This document shows positions 25,121-32,000 of a stretch of 32,000 nucleotides of DNA, one piece after another. The DNA is from Desulfotalea psychrophila LSv54. GTDB lineage: Bacteria > Desulfobacterota > Desulfobulbia > Desulfobulbales > Desulfocapsaceae. The notes under the pieces are model-generated. The model saw nothing but the letters and a program-made list of their open reading frames with translations. It had not been told where the DNA came from and searched no databases. Location of the stretch: assembly GCF_000025945.1 (NCBI RefSeq), contig NC_006138.1, positions 2,790,001 to 2,822,000 of the forward strand, in the 5' to 3' direction. The translations under genes and the position numbers were made by a program. Every line of letters starts with the position of its first letter. Position 1 is the stretch's first letter.

Positions 25121-27286
25121 ATGAAGGATGCAGAGAAGCGAGACGGCAGAAAAGTCTATGCCACCAGGAGTGCCCTGGCGGGCCTGCTCGCCCTGAGCAT
25201 GGGAGCAACCAACGCCTGGGCGGGTGTCACTTTCGCCGAGAAAGGAGGAGACGGGACAGATAAAAATCCATTTTACTATGCCCTCGCCACCGGCACAGCG
25301 ATAAATACGACCCCAATCAAGCATGGCACACCAGCAGGCCCCATGACAAGGAATGGCGGTGATATTTTCATTTACGGAATAAAGATCACGGGTGGCAACC
25401 TCGACAATAAGGGAGAGATCAGGATCCACTCCAAAAATGACACGGGTTCGACCAATCTCCTTGCTATTAAGAGCACTGGTGATGCCAGTAGCACAATTCA
25501 GAACGAGGCGAACATTGAACTGGAGGCCAAGGGCGGTTCCTCCACCTCCTCCTCCAGCGCCTACACCTTCGGCATAATGGGTGAGATAACAAGGAATGAG
25601 GGCAATATGACCATCAGATCTACGGGCGGCACGCTCACCGCCGCCTCCGCTGAGGCCTCTGCCGAAGCCGGCGCTGCCGGCATAGGCAGCTATGGTGATC
25701 TCTACAATCAGGGGCGGATAGAGGTGGTGGCCCAGGCAGGCCGATACTCCGCCGACGGTGGGGCAACCTATCAGAGTGATTCCGCTACGGCCTTGGGTAT
25801 TCTTTTTGCAAGGGAAGGAACCCTTGATTCCCGTGCTCCCATCGCTGTTCAGGCCAGAGGGGCAACGAATACAGCGGACAGTGAGAGATCCATTTTCAGC
25901 GGCACAGAGGAACTGAAAAGTGGAAAATTCCTTCGGGCCTATCAAGTGCTCACCTATAGTGCATTGACAATCAAAGGTTACTCCATGGTCTTTAACAACC
26001 AGGAGGAGGTGGACGAGCACTATCGGGGAGCCATCGGCACAATAGGCGACGGTACGGCAACATTTGCCCCCGATGCCGTCCTCTATGTCTTCACCGACAA
26101 TAACTTTGCCAAGGCAACAACTTACAAAATCCCCACCCTGGTGGAAGATGCGGCCATCAGCGATCAATTTACCTCGGCCCAACTGGCCCTGACCAGTCCC
26201 GACTACAGGGCCAACCTGGTGGATGGAGATGGCAAAAAACTCCAGCAACTGGCCATCGCCTACGCCCCCGAGGTTTCCACTCCCCTGGTCTCAGCACAGG
26301 TCAATCAAAAGATACTGGCCAGTGGCACCACCATTGTAAGGGCGAGCTCGTTATCGCCTATGCTTGCCAAGATGGAGAGGAGTAATCCTCGCGCTTCGGC
26401 CTACGATGGTGTTCTTCTTGCCAGCACATCACCTGTCCTGGCTGTCCCTGATATGGAGATTTTACCCCAAAAAAGGGGCTGGGCCTTTGCCATGCCCTAT
26501 TATAGTAATGTGAGTAACAACGCCTCGCCCATGGGCTATGATGCCGATATTTATGGGGCCACGGCTGGATATAACCACTGGATAGACTCTGATCTCATCC
26601 TCGGTTTTCATGCTGGTTATGGTTCCGGTGATATTAATTATACGGGCAAGGGCTATGAGCAGAAGAAGGAGAATCTTAAGGCTGGATCCCTCGGGGTGCA
26701 AAGCCTGTATCGTTTTGCTGATGACTGGTTGTTACAGAGCATAGCCTCCTTTTATTATAGCAGTAACGATTATAGCGATAATAACCCGCTCAACCGGGAG
26801 CAGGGCGACTACCATGGCTACGGGGTGAATGCCAATCTTGACCTTGACTATGTCTTTAGTTTTACCAATAATCGCCTGGTACCCAGTGTAGGCCTGCGCT
26901 ATCTCTGGCAGCACGTCGATAGCTATACCGCTTATAATCTGGACAACGCCGATGTGAACTACGGTGATATGGATGAGAATCAGCTCTATGCCAACCTGGG
27001 CCTTGATTGGTACGGTGATTATCGCACGGAATCGAATTGGCAGATAGTGCCAAGTTTGGGCTTGGGAGTTGAGCAGGCACTCACCGATAACGAATTTGGC
27101 AACAGCATGGGAGTGGGCAGTATCATCATTCCGGTGACAAACTCAATGGATAAGACCTCTGTCTCCGCCCGGGCCTCCATTGAGTTTGTTAAGGATTCCT
27201 ATGCGCTGAGCGCTGGATATGCTGGAGCCTATTCGAGTGACACCAAGAACAGCTCCTTCTATCTGCAGATGAAGTATTTCTTTTAA
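25121..27286 (+). CDS. Type Va autotransporter paralogue 2 (721 aa): same architecture with only about 4 repeat units
   Basis: The start is set at the conserved MKDAEKRDGRKVYATRSALAGLLALSMGATNAWA, with GAGGAGAA upstream. The passenger is short (GIMGEITRNEGNMTIRSTGGTLTAASAEASAEAGAA ...). The linker and barrel are nearly identical to paralogues 1 and 3 and end in FYLQMKYFF. Confidence 0.85.
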   Translation: MKDAEKRDGRKVYATRSALAGLLALSMGATNAWAGVTFAEKGGDGTDKNPFYYALATGTAINTTPIKHGTPAGPMTRNGGDIFIYGIKITGGNLDNKGEIRIHSKNDTGSTNLLAIKSTGDASSTIQNEANIELEAKGGSSTSSSSAYTFGIMGEITRNEGNMTIRSTGGTLTAASAEASAEAGAAGIGSYGDLYNQGRIEVVAQAGRYSADGGATYQSDSATALGILFAREGTLDSRAPIAVQARGATNTADSERSIFSGTEELKSGKFLRAYQVLTYSALTIKGYSMVFNNQEEVDEHYRGAIGTIGDGTATFAPDAVLYVFTDNNFAKATTYKIPTLVEDAAISDQFTSAQLALTSPDYRANLVDGDGKKLQQLAIAYAPEVSTPLVSAQVNQKILASGTTIVRASSLSPMLAKMERSNPRASAYDGVLLASTSPVLAVPDMEILPQKRGWAFAMPYYSNVSNNASPMGYDADIYGATAGYNHWIDSDLILGFHAGYGSGDINYTGKGYEQKKENLKAGSLGVQSLYRFADDWLLQSIASFYYSSNDYSDNNPLNREQGDYHGYGVNANLDLDYVFSFTNNRLVPSVGLRYLWQHVDSYTAYNLDNADVNYGDMDENQLYANLGLDWYGDYRTESNWQIVPSLGLGVEQALTDNEFGNSMGVGSIIIPVTNSMDKTSVSARASIEFVKDSYALSAGYAGAYSSDTKNSSFYLQMKYFF

Positions 27287-27405
27287 AAAATGCCCGGGGA
27301 TCCTCCACGCCCCGGCCATCGCCCCTCCCCCTGCCTGCCATCCCAGGACCGCCAGGAACCCTTATGCCCAGGAAAAGCAACTAACTCACCAAGTCTTCAG
27401 ATTTT

Positions 27406-27433
27406 TTTTAGACAACAGCCCTCCCCCTGTGAT
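27406..27433 (+). promoter_or_regulatory. Candidate sigma70-type promoter of autotransporter gene 3
   Basis: TTTTAG-16 nt-TGTGAT in the conserved block. The match to the -35 consensus is weak. Confidence 0.25.
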
Positions 27434-27526
27434 ACCATTTTCATGACAGGCAGCACCATCATTCCATCTATTTCCATCAAGACCGGCTGCTCTTTCGCCT
27501 GCCGCAAACCAGCGATAAGGAGAACT

Positions 27527-30500
27527 ATGAAGGATGTAGAGAGACGAGGACGGAGAAAGGTCTATGCCGCCAAGAGTGCCCTGGCGGGCCTGCTCGCCCT
27601 GAGCATGGGAACAACGAACGTCTGGGCAGGAGTTACCATCGGAGAGGGAGGATCGGGATACTGGAACAATCCATATTTCTATGCCCTCGCCAACGGCGAG
27701 ACGGCGACAAATACGACTCCAATCAAACATGGCGAGTCAACAGGCCCCATCATAGATAAACTGATGGCCGACAAGGGCTATCTCAGCGGGATAATGGTTG
27801 GGAGTGGCAGCCTCAACAATGAGGGAGAGATCCACCTCTACTTCAAGAATGAAACGGGGGATGTCCGCCTCTATGGCATTGAAGGCGACACCAGCCGGAA
27901 CGGGGCGGACATTGAGCTGAGGGCCGAGGTCGGCACGGCCACCTCCACCCCCGCTAAAGCCTCCGCCTTCGCCTACGGCATACAGGGTGAGGTGGGAAGC
28001 AATGAGGGCAAGATGATCATCAAAGTTGAGGGCGGCACGGCCAGCTCCGCCTCCACCTACGCCCACGCCTACGCCTACGCCTACGCCTACGCCTACGGCA
28101 TAAGGGGTGAGGTAGGAGACAATATTGGTCATATGACGATCAAGGCTGAGGGCGGCAAGGTCACCTCCAACGCTACCGGCACCGCCTACGCCACCGCCTA
28201 CGCCAAAGCCTACGGCATATGGGGTAATGTGACAAACAATAGTGGGGCGATGGAGATCAGAGCTCAGGGCAGCAAGGCCACCTCCAAGGCTACCGACAAC
28301 GCCTTCGCAGACACCAGCGCCGTCGCCTACGCCATACGGGGTACGGTGGGAAGCAATGAGGGCAAGATGAGCATCACCGCTCAGGGCGGTGAGGACGAAG
28401 CCACCAGCACCGCCCAGGCCTACGCCCAGGCCTACGACCAGGCCTACGGTATATGGAGTGGAGTAAAAAGCAATATTGGGAAGATGGGAATCAAGGCTCA
28501 GGGCGGCACGGCCACCTCCAACGCTACCAACATCGCCTACGCCTACACCCCCGCCTCTGCCTACGGCATAAAGGGTGGGGTGGGAAACAATAGTGGGGAG
28601 ATGGAGATCAGTGCTCAAGGCGGCACGGCCACCTCCACCACCGTCACCGCCAAAGCCAAATCCTTCGCCCACGCCTACGCCAAGACCTACGGCATAGAGG
28701 GTGAGGTAGGAGACAATAGGGGAAAGATGGAGATCGGGGCTGAGGGAGGCACGGCCTCCGCCTACTCCTGGACCGACGCCGAAGCCAACGCCATCGTCTC
28801 CGCCCACGGCATAGAGGGCAAGGTGGGAAAAAATAGTGGGGAGATGAAGATCAGGGCTCAAGGTGGCAGGGCCACCGCCGAAGCCACCGTTAAAGCCTTG
28901 GCCACAGCCAGCGCCGACGCCTTGGGCATAAGGGGTCAGGTTGGGAAAAATAGTAAGGAGATGAAGGTCAAGGCCACGGGCGGCACCGCCAAGACCACCA
29001 CCAATGCCACCACCGCTAGTGCCTCCGCCAACGCCTACGCCCGCGCCTCTGCTTCCGCCCACGGCATATTTGGTGGGATGGGAGGCAATAGTGGTAATAT
29101 GACCATCAGATCCCTGGGCGGCAAGGCCACCGCCTACGATACCGCCTTCGCCAACGCCATGGTCGACGCCATCGCCTACGGCATACGAGGGCAGGTGAGA
29201 AGCAATGAGGGCAAGATGGAGATCGAAACCCAGGGCGGCACCGCCGAGGCCACCGCCGCCAAAGCCACAACCTCTGCCAACGCTTGGGCCTACGGCATAG
29301 AGGGTGAGGTGGGAGACAATGATGGCAAGCTGGAGATCAGAGCTCAGAGCGGTGAGGCCAACGCCAACGCTACTGGCACCGGCACCGCCGACGCCTGGGC
29401 CGACGCCTACGGCATAAGGGGTACAGTGGGAAGCAATGGCGGCAAGATGACTATCACTGCTCAGAGTGACACCGCCACCGCCACTACCGCTGCCAAAGCC
29501 AAAACCTCCGCCTACGCCCAGGCCTACGGCATAGAGGGCAGGATAGGAGACAATATTGGTCATATGGTGATCAAGGCTCAGGGCGGCAAGGCCACCTCCA
29601 AGACTACCGGCACCGCCTGGGCCTGGGCCTGGGCCGACGCCTATGGCATAGATGGTGGGGTGGGAAGCAATGAGGGTAAGATGACCATCAGGGCTCAGGG
29701 CGGTGAGGCCGAAGCCACCGCCGCCGACGCCAATGCCTACACCATCGCCGCCGCCCACGGCATAGAGGGCAAAGTGGAAAAAAATAGTGGGGAGATGGAG
29801 ATCAGGGCTCAGGGTGGCACCACCAACGCCACCACCACCACCAACGCCAAAGCCTCCGCCGACGCCAGCGCCCGGGCCTTCGGCATAGAGGGTCAGGTGG
29901 GAAGCAATGAGGGCAATATGAACATCGGGGCTCAGGGCGGTGAGGCCGAAGCCACTGCTGCTGAAACCACCGCCTACGGCAACGCCGACGCCCGGGCCAA
30001 GGCCTACGCCACCGCCTCCGCCTACGGCATAATTGGTGGGGTGGGAAGCAATGAGGGCAAGATGACCATCACGGCCACAGGCGGCAAGGCCAACGGTCAC
30101 AGCTACATCTCCTCCTACGCCTTCGCCTCCGGCATAGAGGGTGATGTGGGAAAAAATAGTGGGGAAATGGAGATCAGGGCTGAGGGCGGCACGGCCACCA
30201 CCACCGGCACCGGCACCACCAAGGCCTATGCAAGGGCCATTGGCATAGGCAGCTCTGCTGATCTCTACAATGAGGGGCAGCTAGAGGTGATGGCCCGGGC
30301 GGGACGATATTCCACCGATGGCGGAACAACGTATCAGAGTGATTCTGCCAGGGCCGTGGGTATTTCTTTTTCAGGGGAGGCAGAACTTGACTCCCGTGCT
30401 CTTATTTCAGTGAGCGCCCTGCCGGCACAGGATGAGGCGGGTAAGGCAATAGCCTTAGGCACTGGCAAGACTCTCCACGCCTATCAAGTCTATAGCGGGG

Positions 30501-31831
30501 AAGACTTAAGCATAAAGGGCTATGCCATGAAGTTTAATAATCAGGCGCAGGTTACTGCTGATTATAAGGGAACTATTGGCGTTGCCGAGGGCAAAAGAGT
30601 CACCTTTGCCCCCGATGCACAAGTCTATGCCTTCACCGATAATGATTTTGGCAAGGTGCCCAATTACAGCATACCTATGTTGGTTGAGGGGGAGACTCGC
30701 AGATATAATCAATTCTCCGCGGCCCAGCTTGTCGTCAGTAGCCCGGACTATAGTATATCTTTGCTTGACAGTAATGGCGGAACACTTCAAAGGCTGGCCA
30801 TAAAGTATACTCCCGAGGTTTCCACTCCTCTGGTCTCAGCACAGGTCAATCAAAAGATGCTGGCCAGTGGCACCACCATTGTAACGAACAACTCTTTATC
30901 GCCTATGCTTGCCATGATGGACAGGAGCAATCCTCAAACTTCGGCCTACGACGGTGTTCTTCTTGCCAGCACATCACCTGTCCTGGCTGTCCCTGATATG
31001 GAGATTTTACCCCAAAAAAGGGGCTGGGCCTTTGCCATGCCCTATTATAGTAATGTGAGTAACAATGCCTCGCCCATGGGCTATGATGCCGATATTTATG
31101 GGGCCACGGCTGGATATAACCACTGGATAGACTCTGATCTCATCCTTGGTTTTCATGCTGGTTATGGTTCCGGTGATATTAATTATACGGGCAAGGGCTA
31201 TGAGCAGAAGAAGGAGAATCTTAAGGCTGGATCCCTCGGGGTGCAAAGCCTGTATCGTTTTGCTGATGACTGGTTGTTACAGAGCATAGCCTCCTTTTAT
31301 TATAGCAGTAACGATTATAGCGATAATAACCCGCTCAACCGGGAGCAGGGCGACTACCATGGCTACGGGGTGAATGCCAATCTTGACCTTGACTATGTCT
31401 TTAGTTTTACCAATAATCGTCTGGTACCCAGTGTAGGCCTGCGCTATCTCTGGCAGCACGTCGATAGCTATACCGCTTATAATCTGGACAACGCCGACAT
31501 TCACTACGGTGATATGGATGAAAATCAGCTCTATGCCAACCTGGGTCTTGATTGGTACGGTGATTACCAAACGGAATCAAATTGGCAGATAGTGCCCAGT
31601 CTCGGCCTGGGCATCGAGCAGGCCCTCACCGATAACAAATTTGGCAACAGCATGGGAGTGGGCAGTATCATCATTCCGGTGACAAACTCAATGGATAAGA
31701 CCTCTGTCTCCGCCCGGGCCTCCATTGAGTTTGTTAAGGATTCCTATGCGCTGAGCGCTGGATATGCTGGAGCCTATTCGAATGACACCAAGAACAGCTC
31801 CTTCTATCTGCAGATGAAGTATTTCTTTTAA
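27527..31831 (+). CDS. Type Va autotransporter paralogue 3 (1434 aa): same architecture with about 23 repeat units
   Basis: The start is set at the conserved MKDVERRGRRKVYAAKSALAGLLALSMGTTNVWA, with AAGGAGAA at 27517-27524. It has a long run of GI.G.VG.N.G.M.I.A.GG units, and its linker and barrel are nearly identical to the other two copies. It ends in FYLQMKYFF. Confidence 0.85.
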   Translation: MKDVERRGRRKVYAAKSALAGLLALSMGTTNVWAGVTIGEGGSGYWNNPYFYALANGETATNTTPIKHGESTGPIIDKLMADKGYLSGIMVGSGSLNNEGEIHLYFKNETGDVRLYGIEGDTSRNGADIELRAEVGTATSTPAKASAFAYGIQGEVGSNEGKMIIKVEGGTASSASTYAHAYAYAYAYAYGIRGEVGDNIGHMTIKAEGGKVTSNATGTAYATAYAKAYGIWGNVTNNSGAMEIRAQGSKATSKATDNAFADTSAVAYAIRGTVGSNEGKMSITAQGGEDEATSTAQAYAQAYDQAYGIWSGVKSNIGKMGIKAQGGTATSNATNIAYAYTPASAYGIKGGVGNNSGEMEISAQGGTATSTTVTAKAKSFAHAYAKTYGIEGEVGDNRGKMEIGAEGGTASAYSWTDAEANAIVSAHGIEGKVGKNSGEMKIRAQGGRATAEATVKALATASADALGIRGQVGKNSKEMKVKATGGTAKTTTNATTASASANAYARASASAHGIFGGMGGNSGNMTIRSLGGKATAYDTAFANAMVDAIAYGIRGQVRSNEGKMEIETQGGTAEATAAKATTSANAWAYGIEGEVGDNDGKLEIRAQSGEANANATGTGTADAWADAYGIRGTVGSNGGKMTITAQSDTATATTAAKAKTSAYAQAYGIEGRIGDNIGHMVIKAQGGKATSKTTGTAWAWAWADAYGIDGGVGSNEGKMTIRAQGGEAEATAADANAYTIAAAHGIEGKVEKNSGEMEIRAQGGTTNATTTTNAKASADASARAFGIEGQVGSNEGNMNIGAQGGEAEATAAETTAYGNADARAKAYATASAYGIIGGVGSNEGKMTITATGGKANGHSYISSYAFASGIEGDVGKNSGEMEIRAEGGTATTTGTGTTKAYARAIGIGSSADLYNEGQLEVMARAGRYSTDGGTTYQSDSARAVGISFSGEAELDSRALISVSALPAQDEAGKAIALGTGKTLHAYQVYSGEDLSIKGYAMKFNNQAQVTADYKGTIGVAEGKRVTFAPDAQVYAFTDNDFGKVPNYSIPMLVEGETRRYNQFSAAQLVVSSPDYSISLLDSNGGTLQRLAIKYTPEVSTPLVSAQVNQKMLASGTTIVTNNSLSPMLAMMDRSNPQTSAYDGVLLASTSPVLAVPDMEILPQKRGWAFAMPYYSNVSNNASPMGYDADIYGATAGYNHWIDSDLILGFHAGYGSGDINYTGKGYEQKKENLKAGSLGVQSLYRFADDWLLQSIASFYYSSNDYSDNNPLNREQGDYHGYGVNANLDLDYVFSFTNNRLVPSVGLRYLWQHVDSYTAYNLDNADIHYGDMDENQLYANLGLDWYGDYQTESNWQIVPSLGLGIEQALTDNKFGNSMGVGSIIIPVTNSMDKTSVSARASIEFVKDSYALSAGYAGAYSNDTKNSSFYLQMKYFF
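27788..30360 (+). repeat. In-frame tandem coding repeats in the passenger of paralogue 3
   Basis: About 23 units counted by eye, from GIMVGSGSLNNEGEIHLYF to GIGSSADLYNEGQLEVMARAGRYSTDGGTTYQSDSARAV. Unit length is 35-48 aa. Confidence 0.85.
28058..28096 (+). repeat. In-frame hexanucleotide microsatellite (GCCTAC)5 encoding YAHAYAYAYAYAY
   Basis: Five perfect GCCTAC units at 28067-28096, preceded by tacgcccac. Shorter analogues are (GCCCAC)3 at 22322-22339 (AHAHAH) and (GCCTGG)3 at 29615-29632 (AWAWAW). Confidence 0.9.
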
Positions 31832-31858
31832 AAAGGGCCAGCTTAAGGATTGGTTGCT

Positions 31859-31885
31859 CCGGTGATTATCAGACGAAATCACCGG
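31859..31885. terminator. Stem-loop between convergent genes (9-bp perfect stem)
   Basis: CCGGTGATT (31859-31867) pairs with AATCACCGG (31877-31885). It lies between the stop of autotransporter 3 (31831) and the stop of the minus-strand gene (31894). Confidence 0.5.
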
Positions 31886-31893
31886 AAGCGCTT

Positions 31894-32000
31894 CTACTTA
31901 AGCTTGAGCAGACTCGGTTCATAGTCTGTAGGTGGATTAAAGCCCAGAAGCAGACAGAGGGTGGCCGCCACATTGGCAAGGCCTCGCTCTGCCAGATCGG
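31894..32000 (-). CDS. 3' end (35 codons) of an alkaline-phosphatase-superfamily mutase (GpmI/DeoB-like C-terminus); the rest lies outside the window
   Basis: Manual minus-strand translation gives DLAERGLANVAATLCLLLGFNPPTDYEPSLLKLK*. It resembles the C-terminal G.L.D.APT.L.L.G...P.EM.G.SL segment of cofactor-independent phosphoglycerate mutase and phosphopentomutase. The fragment is too short for a firm call. Confidence 0.35.
   Translation of the reverse strand, partial: DLAERGLANVAATLCLLLGFNPPTDYEPSLLKLK

Noticed and set aside
27737-30100. 787-aa Gly-rich ORF on the minus strand. Similar antisense ORFs lie at 21737-22381, 22397-22633, 22913-23164 and 25070-26248.
   Set aside because: These are mirror images of the Ala/Thr/Gly-rich autotransporter repeats, where sense GCC/ACC/GGC codons read as GGC/GGT/GCC on the antisense strand. 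They are stop-free only because of that composition. They have no RBS or conserved start. The plus-strand frame carries the coherent signal peptide, passenger and barrel architecture.

Overview
Bacterial window with a Gram-negative-type cell envelope, inferred from autotransporters with C-terminal beta-barrels. Taxon cannot be determined from sequence alone. The window has four parts. (1) 1-3679, minus strand: a GH1 beta-glucosidase that runs off the window edge and is missing from the ORF track, then a Tat-signal metallophosphoesterase split in two by a frameshift at a homopolymer. (2) 3680-16262: a heavily rearranged carbohydrate island. Two internally deleted IS481-family transposase relics in inverted orientation (about 4797-5400 and 12640-13345) bracket a GT4-fusion / GH130 / GT4 operon (5492-9714) and a convergent mannose-6-phosphate isomerase plus class I aldolase pair (12634-10118). 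Beside them lie a 5' fragment of the GT gene, a duplicated terminator hairpin, an intact 489-aa GH130-domain gene (13865-15334) whose 3' end also survives as a decayed copy at 9783-10090, a G12 tract, and an internally deleted IS630 relic. (3) 16265-21487: ordinary genes (mutY, azlC/azlD, an iron-type alcohol dehydrogenase, a secreted EEP-family enzyme, a HAD phosphatase). (4) 21488-31831, the most unusual part: three tandem paralogous type Va autotransporter genes of 1039, 721 and 1434 aa. They share a conserved leader, signal peptide and near-identical C-terminal linker plus barrel. Their passengers carry roughly 12, 4 and 23 copies (counted by eye) of a 35-45-aa Gly/Ala/Thr/aromatic repeat that I do not recognise. 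Each repeat ends in an alternating Ala-aromatic strand that is partly encoded by in-frame hexanucleotide microsatellites. The window ends with a hairpin and the 3' end of a convergent alkaline-phosphatase-superfamily mutase gene. All homology statements come from reading translations by eye; no database search was run.
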